Position numbers and translations under genes: made by a program. From contig JBDRKW010000002.1 of assembly GCA_043813585.1 (NCBI GenBank), forward strand, positions 19,182 to 83,181: DNA of 64,000 nt. The letters run 5' to 3'. Below the pieces are notes generated by a model. It was not told the DNA's origin. It was given only the letters and a program-made list of their open reading frames with translations, and made no database searches. The stretch comes from Candidatus Kerfeldbacteria bacterium (GTDB lineage: Bacteria > Patescibacteriota > Patescibacteriia > UBA9570 > XYC2-FULL-38-9). Positions 25,101 through 33,246 of the stretch are shown here, in pieces. How positions within the stretch are numbered: position 1 is the first letter of the stretch; each line of letters opens with the position of its first letter.

Positions 25101-25609
25101 TTCGTCTCGATTTCCAGCCATGCGCCCCGGTTAGGGATGATCTTCGCGCCGTAAAACACATTTCCTTTAATAAAATCCGAAGTGAAGAACACGCCGGCAG
25201 AACGGATCAGCTGGGATACGACAACGCGTTCAATGCCATTCACCACAAATGTTCCGCGGTCGGTCATCAACGGGAAGTCGCCCAAAAATACTTCCTGCTC
25301 CTTAATCTCATTCGTTCGCTTGTTTACCAGCTTGGTGTTTACGCGAAGCGCGGCTTCAAACGTTAAATTCTTGTCTTTTGCAGTTACCTCGTCAAATCGC
25401 GGTTCGTCCAGGTAGTAATCCATTAAATGGAGTTCCAGGTCGCGGCCGGTGAAGTCTTCGATTGGCGTGATTTCATCAAGCAGTTCTTTCAAACCATCCT
25501 TCATGAACCAGTCGTAAGACATCTTCTGTACTTCAATCAAGTCAGGAAGCTCCATTGCTTCATGGCTTGGGGCGAAGTACTTCCGATCTTTGCTCTGAGC
25601 TTTTCCCAT
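22181..25609 (-). CDS. rpoB: DNA-directed RNA polymerase beta subunit
   Basis: 1142 aa. Rifampicin cluster region (...[30 protein letters not shown]...) and C-terminal conserved blocks. 11 nt from rpoC. Confidence 0.98.
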   Translation of the reverse strand: [1142 protein letters not shown]

Positions 25610-25896
25610 AGGCCTATATAGAATTAGTGGCTATTAAAATAAAAAATCTCTGTTTCCCTGAGGGAAATAGAGTGTTATTTCTCGTAACTAATTGTTTTGA
25701 CGTTTATGGAGGATGGACACGTGTTTTTCCCTTTTTTTCGGGCGTTGTTGTGTGATTTCGTGGGAACAGTCTCAATCCTAAGTCTGGATACCAACGATCA
25801 CTTTACGAATAATCCGTGGACTTGTCAAGAGCCCAACAACTTTTTTGTCAAGATCGTTTTCCACACGGCATTTCGGTGCTAACCTTAGCAAAGAAC

Positions 25897-25925
25897 AAAA
25901 AAACCGCTTTTTGCAAGCGATTTTT
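25897..25925. terminator. weak bidirectional terminator between the Mur-ligase gene and the rpoB leader
   Basis: AAAAAAA-CGCTT-tttgc-AAGCG-ATTTTT. Confidence 0.45.
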
Positions 25926-26005
25926 CATGGAATCTTTTTCACTAAAGTTACCCACATTCTCCACAGTTTTGTGCACATGCCTAAAATAAGGTAAAAATTG
26001 ACCCC

Positions 26006-27331
26006 TTATTTCCCTAACAGGCTCTTCAATTCCTCGCGCGCAACCTCCCGGTCATCCCAGTCGATCTTTTTCCCGCCTGCAACCACCATTTTCTGTTCTG
26101 CGCCTTTTGCCGTTAAAATGACTAAATCCCCCGGTTTTGCAAGCTTAAACGCCTTCTCAACAGCATGCCGCCGGTCCAGCTCCCGCCAAAAATCCACTCC
26201 TTCTGTTTTGCCGGCCTGCTTCACACCCTCGGCTACCTGGTCAATAATCTCCATTGGATCATCATCATACGGGTCTTCATCCGTCACAATAACGAAATCG
26301 CACATTTTGCCGGCCACTTCGCCATTTTTCGGCCTCCGCGCCACATCGCGGCCGCCGCCGGTGGAGCTGATGAGCGTAATGAGCTTATTCCCTTCGCCTA
26401 CCAGCTTGCGGCAGAATGTATAGAGCAATCCCAAACTCAACGGCTCGTACGCATAGTCGACGATAACGGCAAACGGCTGGCCTTCTTTAATAAATTCCAT
26501 CCTCCCCGGTGCCGGTTCAAGCTTGGGCGCTTTTGCAATCAGCTGCGGCAGCTCCGCACCCACAGCCATGGCAGCCGCCATTGCCGTCAGGCAGTTATAG
26601 GCATTCCATTCTCCCAGATGCGGAATAAACACCGACTGGCCGTTCACTTTAAACTCTGTCCCGCCGACGGTTTCATTCACATCTGACATACGAAGGTCAT
26701 TATCCTCGCCTTTGCCCAGCGTAATCTTTTTATAGTTGCCGATATTTTTGAAATCCATGGCGTAATCAGAATCCATATTGATCACGCTCGCGCGCGGAAC
26801 ATTCTTGCCGTCGATCTCTTTTACCGCCAGGTCGCCCAGGTGGCGGAAGAGTTCCATCTTCGCTTGTTTGTAGTATTCAAAGCTGCCATGCGCTTCAATA
26901 TGTTCGGGCGAAAGGTTCGTAAATACGCAGACATCATAATCAATGCCCAGGTGCCGCCACTGCTTAATGCCTTCGGAAGTTGTTTCAATAATGGCGATAT
27001 CACATCCATTGTCTTTCATGCGGCGCATTAGGCTCTGCAGCTTAAACCGGCCCGGCATGGTCATCTTGTCTTCGTTCAAAAAATATTCATCGCCAATCCT
27101 GTAGTTGACGGTTCCTGTCATGCCAACGGTATGTCCGGCATCAGTCAAAAACTCCCAAAGCATATTGCTGATGGTCGACTTGCCTTTGGTGCCGGTGACC
27201 CCGATCACGATCATGCCGCGCGACGGGTCGCGATAAAGCAATGCGGAAAGAACCGCCAGTGACAGATGGTACGTCGAGAGCCACGACGGCGGGACAAATT
27301 TCAATAAAAACGTTTTTACGGAATACCACAT
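26006..27331 (-). CDS. Mur ligase family protein (MurE-like UDP-MurNAc-tripeptide synthetase), short form
   Basis: 441 aa. P-loop GVTGTKGKST, DNGCDIAIIETTSEG, NLSPEHIEAHGSFEYYKQAKMELF, and a C-terminal Mur ligase domain. Confidence 0.75.
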   Translation of the reverse strand: MWYSVKTFLLKFVPPSWLSTYHLSLAVLSALLYRDPSRGMIVIGVTGTKGKSTISNMLWEFLTDAGHTVGMTGTVNYRIGDEYFLNEDKMTMPGRFKLQSLMRRMKDNGCDIAIIETTSEGIKQWRHLGIDYDVCVFTNLSPEHIEAHGSFEYYKQAKMELFRHLGDLAVKEIDGKNVPRASVINMDSDYAMDFKNIGNYKKITLGKGEDNDLRMSDVNETVGGTEFKVNGQSVFIPHLGEWNAYNCLTAMAAAMAVGAELPQLIAKAPKLEPAPGRMEFIKEGQPFAVIVDYAYEPLSLGLLYTFCRKLVGEGNKLITLISSTGGGRDVARRPKNGEVAGKMCDFVIVTDEDPYDDDPMEIIDQVAEGVKQAGKTEGVDFWRELDRRHAVEKAFKLAKPGDLVILTAKGAEQKMVVAGGKKIDWDDREVAREELKSLLGK

Positions 27332-27340
27332 AGAAATATG

Positions 27341-27790
27341 TTAATCGTCATCATCATACGTATAAGATTTCGGCGCCGGAAAGACGCGCCGGACAAACCA
27401 CAATAAGAATACAACGATAACCGTTCCGATAACCGCCACCCAATACCATTGTACGCCGACCGCCATGCCGATGGCGGAGCTTACCCAGATACCGGCCGCT
27501 GTCGTAAGGCCGTGCACGCGCTCGCCAGTAAAGATGATGATGCCCGCGCCCAAAAATCCGATGCCGACAACAATCTGCGCCATAATGCGCGATATATCGA
27601 CGTTATCAAACCCTGCGTAAGAATTGAGGGCATGGAGCGAAATGCCGGTAAACAGCGCGGAACCGATGGTAACAAGCGCATGCGTGCGAATGCCGGCCTC
27701 CTTATGCTCGGCCCGCCGTTCAAAACCGATCAGGCCGCCAAGAATACCCGCAAGCAACATTTGGATGATAATCACAAATTGAATATCCAT
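27341..27790 (-). CDS. MgtC/SapB family membrane protein
   Basis: 149 aa. MLLAGILGGLIGFERRAEHKEAGIRTHALV is the MgtC N-domain signature. Four TM helices. Confidence 0.8.
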   Translation of the reverse strand: MDIQFVIIIQMLLAGILGGLIGFERRAEHKEAGIRTHALVTIGSALFTGISLHALNSYAGFDNVDISRIMAQIVVGIGFLGAGIIIFTGERVHGLTTAAGIWVSSAIGMAVGVQWYWVAVIGTVIVVFLLWFVRRVFPAPKSYTYDDDD

Positions 27791-27802
27791 AACTCAAGTA
27801 TA

Positions 27803-30688
27803 TTATTTAACCCATCCGGAAGCAACACGCACCGCTCCGGTGAACGTCACAAACGGATAGACGGTCTCTTTCAGCTTGGTTCCTTTCGGCGAATAGATGT
27901 TTACCACCGCAGGGGTGCCTCCGTTGCTTCCAATGATATTCCGGTCTGCCCGTTTTTGGAACAAGTCACCGCCTGCGATAGTGCCGCCGTTCGCATACCA
28001 GGAACCGATGCCGAAAAAGCCTGTTTGGTAATACGTCGGCGTTCCGTTGCCTCGATAGACCGACTGGACGAACGCAGTTCCATGTTCCGGTACTGACAAG
28101 ATCACATCCGGATCGCCAGGGTCGAAGCTAGCCCGCGCCACGCGCACGCCGCCGCGGAACGCACTGTCATACGCTGAATATTGAGCCAGTAGTTCAGTGG
28201 TACGGCTGGAATAAATCTGCACAGTCGGCCCGCCGCCCTCGCCGGCCGATACGACAATCTCGTCGCGGCCTTTGCCGTTCCAGTCCACGCCGGCCACAAA
28301 CGCTCCGCCGGTAAACGCCTCGTCCAGCGCGTTAAACTGGAAGAGCAGTGTGCCGTCCATCTTGAATACGCGCACCTGCGGCCCGCCTCCCGGACCCGGC
28401 GCCGTAATGATCTCATCCACACCATCATCGTCAACGTCTCCGGTAGCGACGCGCACCCCTCCGCGGAACCCAGCATTATATGCCAGGAATGACGATAACA
28501 GTTCCCCATCCGGCTCAAACACCCGCACCCACGGATCTCCGCCCCGATCCAGGCCTACCACGATCTCATCGCGCCGATCGCCGTCAACATTGCCGACTGC
28601 AACTTCCAACCCGTTCGTCGCTTCAACCGGGAACGCATACCATGAATAGAGGTTTGCTTTTTTCTTGTAGCTCCAGACGCTCACGAGCGGACTCCCTCCC
28701 GGGCCGGCAGCCATGACCACGTTCTCCCGGGGATAAAAACGTTTATTCTTTATCTTGGAACTTTTCTTGTTGCCCAGGTCGTCCTTTACTTTTACGCGAT
28801 ATCGGTATTTCACGCCGTTCTTCACTTTTGTGTCCGTATATTTTGACGTTGGGTGTGAAATAACCCCTTTCTTCTTCCATGAACACGAACTGCACCCGTA
28901 TTTCTTGCGGAAAACCTGGTATTTCTCCGCATGCTCTCCTTTTACTTTGTCCCAGTCCACTTTTATCCCGTTCGCGGTTCGCGACAGCTCCAGGTTGGTG
29001 GGTTTTGTGGTTTCCGTATCAATGACATATTCAAAACTCGCAGCTTCGGTGGAAGCGTTGCCGTCATTGTCTTTTGCTTTCACGCGAAGGTAATAGGAGA
29101 CCTCATTCCCCTCAATCGCCGACGGTTCATAATTCCGTTTCGTCTGGAACGTTCCTTTAGTCACCGGATCGGCATGCGCGTTCGTGCCGAAGTAGACATA
29201 ATATCCGGCAATCCCGTCGCCGTCATTTGCGGCTGACCACGTGAAATACGGCCTGGTATCAGCCGACCGCTCGCCGTCATTGAATGTTCTCGACTTTGAA
29301 GAGCTGTTGTACGCCGTAACGGTTGCCGGCGTCGTCGGGTTTTCCAGCGAACCGATGCCGTCCAGCGCTATATTCGCGTCTGCGCGGCCGCTGCCAAAAT
29401 TAGACCCGAGTCCTATGTCAACCGTATTTTTCGTTATCACTTCGCGCAGTTGGGAACGCGTCAGGCTGGATTCTTCAGAAAGAAGCAGCGCCGCTATCCC
29501 GGACACGATCGGCGTCGACATTGATGTGCCGGATTCATAATCATACGAAGCGGTAAACCCGTACGCAGCATTGATGTAAACAGTAGAGAATATCTGGTAT
29601 CCGGGCGCGGATAAATCCACACAGTTCGAACCGTAGTTGGAAAACGCTGCCGCTTCCATGGAGCTCTTGTGCGCCGCTACGCCAATGACGCTGTCATAGC
29701 ACGCAGGATAAAACGGCGTGGAATTAATATTGATTCCATCATTGCCTGCCGCTGCAACAACAAGCACCCCGTTATCCTTTGCATAGGTTATTGCGGCCTC
29801 CAGCAACGCGCTCTCTCCCGCACCGCCCAGGCTCATATTGATAATATCGGCGCCGTTGTCCACGGCATATTCAATGCCTTCAATAATGCCGCTGTCCAGG
29901 CCTCCTCCTTCATCATCCAGCACGCGGACGGCCATCAGCTTGGTCTTCCATGCAACGCCGGCAACGCCTTTGCCGTTATTGCCCACTGCACCGACAAGCC
30001 CGCCGACGTGCGTACCGTGCGTGACGCCGTTATCCGCGCCGTTCTGGCTGTCATTATCCACACCATCCGGCTGCGGATTTGGATTTTTATCATCATCCAC
30101 AAAATCATACCCGTTCACATCATCGATGTACCCGTTGCTGTCATCGTCAATGCCGTTGTCGGCAATTTCGTCGCCGTTCAACCATAGGTTATCTTCAATA
30201 TCGGGATGGTCGGTATCGATGCCGGAATCAATAATAGCGATAACCACACTGTACGTGCCGGTCTGATCTGCCCAGGCATCCTCTGATGAAATGCCTGCAT
30301 CTGCGTCAGAATGATGCCACTGGTTGGCGTAGTAGGTATCGTTGGGAGTGACGGTTGCATGCCTTTTGTAATTCAGTGCGGCTTCCTCGACCTCCGGATT
30401 GTCTTCCAGTTGTTCAAGCACCTCTTCAGCTGTCTTGTTTTCCGGAACACGGACGCGCTGCACGCGGTTCCGCAGTGATTGCTCGCCCCGACCTTCATCC
30501 TTCAACGTCACAAGAACAGTATCGTTTTCGTATTCCTTGCCGGCCAATGCCCGGTTTAAACGGTGGCCTTTTTCTGGCGATGCATCTACGCGGTCAGTGC
30601 AAATAAAAACAGCAGCGAGAACAACTGCCGCTGACGCGACAATGCCGCATCCCAGCGCCAATCGGGAACGAAATGCCGTATGTATCAT
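27803..30688 (-). CDS. large secreted subtilisin-like (S8) serine protease with FN3-like and C-terminal FG-GAP/VCBS-type repeats
   Basis: The track start is TTG 30724. ATG at 30688 gives a signal/anchor MIHTAFRSRLALGCGIVASAAVVLAAVFIC. Catalytic triad contexts DSGIDTDHPD, HGTHVGG, GTSMSTP. Repeats GDVDGDRRDEIVVG and GDVDDDGVDEIITAPGPGGGPQVRVF. Confidence 0.85.
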   Translation of the reverse strand: MIHTAFRSRLALGCGIVASAAVVLAAVFICTDRVDASPEKGHRLNRALAGKEYENDTVLVTLKDEGRGEQSLRNRVQRVRVPENKTAEEVLEQLEDNPEVEEAALNYKRHATVTPNDTYYANQWHHSDADAGISSEDAWADQTGTYSVVIAIIDSGIDTDHPDIEDNLWLNGDEIADNGIDDDSNGYIDDVNGYDFVDDDKNPNPQPDGVDNDSQNGADNGVTHGTHVGGLVGAVGNNGKGVAGVAWKTKLMAVRVLDDEGGGLDSGIIEGIEYAVDNGADIINMSLGGAGESALLEAAITYAKDNGVLVVAAAGNDGININSTPFYPACYDSVIGVAAHKSSMEAAAFSNYGSNCVDLSAPGYQIFSTVYINAAYGFTASYDYESGTSMSTPIVSGIAALLLSEESSLTRSQLREVITKNTVDIGLGSNFGSGRADANIALDGIGSLENPTTPATVTAYNSSSKSRTFNDGERSADTRPYFTWSAANDGDGIAGYYVYFGTNAHADPVTKGTFQTKRNYEPSAIEGNEVSYYLRVKAKDNDGNASTEAASFEYVIDTETTKPTNLELSRTANGIKVDWDKVKGEHAEKYQVFRKKYGCSSCSWKKKGVISHPTSKYTDTKVKNGVKYRYRVKVKDDLGNKKSSKIKNKRFYPRENVVMAAGPGGSPLVSVWSYKKKANLYSWYAFPVEATNGLEVAVGNVDGDRRDEIVVGLDRGGDPWVRVFEPDGELLSSFLAYNAGFRGGVRVATGDVDDDGVDEIITAPGPGGGPQVRVFKMDGTLLFQFNALDEAFTGGAFVAGVDWNGKGRDEIVVSAGEGGGPTVQIYSSRTTELLAQYSAYDSAFRGGVRVARASFDPGDPDVILSVPEHGTAFVQSVYRGNGTPTYYQTGFFGIGSWYANGGTIAGGDLFQKRADRNIIGSNGGTPAVVNIYSPKGTKLKETVYPFVTFTGAVRVASGWVK

Positions 30689-30695
30689 AGGTTTC

Positions 30696-30724
30696 AGTAT
30701 ACCAGTCAACGGGCGGTGTTTCAA
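30696..30724 (-). promoter_or_regulatory. sigma70-type promoter TTGAAA-17-TATACT driving a leaderless protease mRNA
   Basis: On the minus strand, -35 TTGAAA (30724-30719) and -10 TATACT (30701-30696). The ATG at 30688 lies only 7 nt past the -10. Confidence 0.5.
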
Positions 30725-30726
30725 TA

Positions 30727-30758
30727 AAAAAAGAAGACCCGGTTCCTCCGTCGGGTCA
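30727..30758 (-). terminator. Rho-independent terminator overlapping the stop codon of the zinc-ribbon gene
   Basis: Minus strand reads GACCCG-10 nt-CGGGTC followed by TTCTTTTTTT. Confidence 0.65.
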
Positions 30759-31403
30759 TCGCTTCGGCTCGAGGTAGAACAGGCCGCATTGGCCGCATCG
30801 TCGGGCCCGGACAGTCTTCCTCGTCTTCACGTCTACTCCCGTGAATCCCTCCGACGCCTTCATGGTGGCGCCGCAGTCGTTATTCGGGCAGTAGTAGCCG
30901 TTTTCCTTGGTCGGACCGTACGCAACCCGCATGCCCGCGGTATTGATCTCCGCACGTGGCGAGATCTTCTTCATCAGCCAGGCGAAGAACCCGAGCACCT
31001 TGACGAACAGCCAGAACCGCGGCTTCTTCGGAACCGGCCGAAGGGCCGACTTGTCGGAAGCGCGTCCCCCGGGACCGAGTCCCTCGGGATTCGTCTCCGA
31101 CTGCCGGTCAGATGGATACGGCGGCCGCGGCTTGGCGGGTTCGTTCGGGAGCAACTCCGCCTTCATCACCTTGAACGGCTTGCTGCAACGCGGGTAGCTG
31201 CAGACATGGACCGTGATGATCCGGGTCGAATCATTCTGGTCGCGAACCTGCTGCGTCTTACAGTCGTTCCATACGAGCACCCGGCCGCAGGAGGGACAAT
31301 TCTCAACCTTGCCGGTCGCGTAGAGGACAGGAATGTTCTCGGCGTCGATCATGGCGAGCGGTCCCATATTGAAGTCATGCTCACCATTGGAAGAGCTGGA
31401 CAT
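30756..31403 (-). CDS. hypothetical membrane protein with two CxxC...CxxC zinc-ribbon motifs flanking one TM helix
   Basis: GAGGAG RBS 7 nt before ATG 31403. CPSCG...C..C (N-terminal) and CPNNDCG...CGQCG (C-terminal). TM FWLFVKVLGFFAWLM. GC-rich with GC3-biased codons. Confidence 0.6.
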   Translation of the reverse strand: MSSSSNGEHDFNMGPLAMIDAENIPVLYATGKVENCPSCGRVLVWNDCKTQQVRDQNDSTRIITVHVCSYPRCSKPFKVMKAELLPNEPAKPRPPYPSDRQSETNPEGLGPGGRASDKSALRPVPKKPRFWLFVKVLGFFAWLMKKISPRAEINTAGMRVAYGPTKENGYYCPNNDCGATMKASEGFTGVDVKTRKTVRARRCGQCGLFYLEPKR

Positions 31404-31461
31404 GATTGACTCCTCAAAATCATGGTTGGTGGGGCTTCATCTTAGCGATAACGCGCAAAAA

Positions 31462-31500
31462 GTCAACGGACGTTGACACAGGCGCCAAAGTTGCTATGAT
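31462..31500 (+). promoter_or_regulatory. palindromic operator GTCAAC-GGAC-GTTGAC overlapping a TTGACA-16-TATGAT promoter, in the divergent region between the zinc-ribbon and acidic-protein genes
   Basis: gtcaacggacgttgac at 31462-31477. -35 TTGACA at 31473-31478, -10 TATGAT at 31495-31500. Confidence 0.5.
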
Positions 31501-31639
31501 GAGCCGGTTGTGTTCATTTATAACTAACCAGTAGGGAACATTGTGGGCAAAAAGGAACTGCCCTTTTATTGTTTACAGCGTCCCCTGCTGGTGCCACGCA
31601 GGTTAACAACTTCAACCGAACGAGAGAGGACACAAGTAC

Positions 31640-32344
31640 ATGAACTCACTGCAGCGCGCATACTTCCACCTGTTCCTGGGCATGGTGCTCAAGGATGGGA
31701 TGGACCTGGACGAGGAGGCCCTGAACGGCTTCTGTATGACGATCCGTAAGGACAACGGCGAGACGACCGAGGTGGTCGAGGAGCCGGAGCCCGAAGAGCC
31801 CGCGGCGGAGCCGGAGGAGCCCGCGGCGGACGAGGTGGTCGAGGAGACCCCGGAGGATGGCGAGCCAGAGGTGGTCGACGAGGTGGCCGAGGAACCCGCG
31901 CCCGAGCTGGATGCGGAGCCCGAGGCCGAGGTGGTCGACGAGGTGGCCGAGGAGCCCGTGGCGGAGCCCGAGCCCGAGAACGACGGCAGCGACGAGGTGG
32001 TCGAGGAGCCGGAGCCCGAAGAGCCCGCGGCGGACGAGACCACGCCCGAGGAGACCCCGGAGGACGACGGCAACAACGATGCCGATCCCGCCGAGGAGCC
32101 CGAGGGTGGCGACGAGGAGACCCCGGACGAGGAAGCCCCCGCCGAGGAGCCCGAGGGTGGCGACCCCGAGCCGGAGGACGACGGCAACGACGAGGAGTCC
32201 GAGGACAACGGAGAGCCCGAGGACGAGAGCGGCGAAGACGACCCCGATGACGGGGATGGTGATGACAACAACGGCGGGGACGACGATGACCCGGCCGGCG
32301 ACGAGGACGGTGGCGACGAGCCCAATGAGGACGACGTCACCTGA
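31640..32344 (+). CDS. hyper-acidic Glu/Asp/Pro-rich tandem-repeat protein with a short structured N-terminus
   Basis: AGAGGA RBS before ATG 31640. MNSLQRAYFHLFLGMVLKDGMDLDEEALNGFCMTIRKDNGETT, then about 190 aa of EVVDEVAEEPAPE.../EEPEPEEPAA repeats. About 60-nt DNA tandem duplications. GC about 68%. Confidence 0.55.
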   Translation: MNSLQRAYFHLFLGMVLKDGMDLDEEALNGFCMTIRKDNGETTEVVEEPEPEEPAAEPEEPAADEVVEETPEDGEPEVVDEVAEEPAPELDAEPEAEVVDEVAEEPVAEPEPENDGSDEVVEEPEPEEPAADETTPEETPEDDGNNDADPAEEPEGGDEETPDEEAPAEEPEGGDPEPEDDGNDEESEDNGEPEDESGEDDPDDGDGDDNNGGDDDDPAGDEDGGDEPNEDDVT

Positions 32345-32495
32345 TCGTGGGAGGTGCCCTTGCGCACCTCCCGCAACCTGAACGAAGAGTGGCACCAGAA
32401 TTGGGGAGGGAGATGCGTGAGCGCATGAGAATCACAGTTACAGCAAACCGCAGCGCGTCTCCCATCTCCCTTCATTTACAACTCCATTTAATAGA

Positions 32496-32522
32496 AAGCG
32501 GGATCATTCCCGCTTTTGTTTA
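32496..32522 (+). terminator. Rho-independent terminator about 150 nt downstream of the acidic-protein gene
   Basis: AGCGGGA-tcatt-CCCGCT followed by TTTGTTT. A perfect 9-bp hairpin GGGAGGTGC-ccttg-GCACCTCCC (32349-32371) lies right after the stop codon. Confidence 0.65.
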
Positions 32523-32523
32523 T

Positions 32524-32581
32524 ATTCGGGTTTTGTTCGGTTATCCACAGGTAGAATTGACATTCGGGTTTTGTTCGGGTA
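32524..32581 (+). promoter_or_regulatory. two 20-nt boxes (ATTCGGGTTTTGTTCGGTTA and ATTCGGGTTTTGTTCGGGTA), 38 bp apart, upstream of lexA; candidate SOS operators
   Basis: Boxes at 32524-32543 and 32562-32581. Identical (one mismatch) to the recA promoter boxes. The proximal box is preceded by -35-like TTGACA (32557-32562). Confidence 0.6.
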
Positions 32582-32615
32582 CCCTTACTCTACCCTATAA
32601 ATAAAGGCCAAACAT

Positions 32616-33236
32616 ATGACAAAAATCCTCCCGAGGAAGAAACAAAAAATCCTCCAGTATCTCAAGGACTATATCGACGATCGCGGGTACGCCCCGACGC
32701 TAAAAGAGATCGCCGATGAATTCAAACTCTCTTCTACCGCGACCGTTCATGAACATATAGGGTATCTGGAAGAACACGGTTTTATCAGACGCAATGATGG
32801 CGGGTTGGAAATAATGGACACACAACCGGAAGGGCAGGACGAATCGTTTACAGAAGGCAGCTCCGTTCAACTTCCAATCGCCGGACTCATTACAGCTGGT
32901 GTACCGATTGAAGCGGTCGAAGATAAAACCGAGATGCTCACCGTTCCAAAAGAACTCGCACGCCGTCCGGACTGCTACGTCCTCAAAGTCAAAGGCGATT
33001 CCATGATAGAAAGCTTTATCGACGATGGAGATTACGCCGTTATCCAAAAACAGGACTACGCAAGCGATGGCGATATCATTGTTGCGCTCCTCGATGATGG
33101 TTCGGCAACTCTAAAAGAGTATCATCGTGAGAAACAATACGTTCGCCTGCAACCGCGGAACAGAAATTACGAACCGCTTCGCGTGAAAAACGTCGTCATA
33201 CAGGGCAAAGTAGTGGGAATCATCAGAAAGTTCTAA
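32616..33236 (+). CDS. lexA: LexA repressor
   Basis: 206 aa. N-terminal wHTH (YAPTLKEIADEFKLSSTATVHEHIGYLEEHGFI). Ala-Gly cleavage site (PIAGLITAG). S24 peptidase with GDSM Ser and downstream catalytic Lys. Confidence 0.93.
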   Translation: MTKILPRKKQKILQYLKDYIDDRGYAPTLKEIADEFKLSSTATVHEHIGYLEEHGFIRRNDGGLEIMDTQPEGQDESFTEGSSVQLPIAGLITAGVPIEAVEDKTEMLTVPKELARRPDCYVLKVKGDSMIESFIDDGDYAVIQKQDYASDGDIIVALLDDGSATLKEYHREKQYVRLQPRNRNYEPLRVKNVVIQGKVVGIIRKF

Positions 33237-33246
33237 AACAAAATAT

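Noticed and set aside
30689-30724. TTG start at 30724 for the S8 protease
   Set aside because: The codon lies inside the upstream gene's terminator hairpin region and upstream of the predicted -10 element. ATG 30688 with a leaderless promoter is more coherent.
31543-31749. 68-aa ORF overlapping the start of the acidic-protein gene
   Set aside because: It has no RBS, sits in the 5' leader and overlaps the better-supported gene out of frame.
31612-32475. Minus-strand Ser/Gly-rich ORFs (287 aa, 249 aa) and an alternative plus-frame ORF (174 aa) overlapping the acidic-repeat gene
   Set aside because: These are mirror-image low-complexity frames. The plus-strand acidic frame has an RBS, a structured N-terminus, an upstream promoter and a hairpin right after its stop. 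Strand is still worth confirming by RNA-seq.
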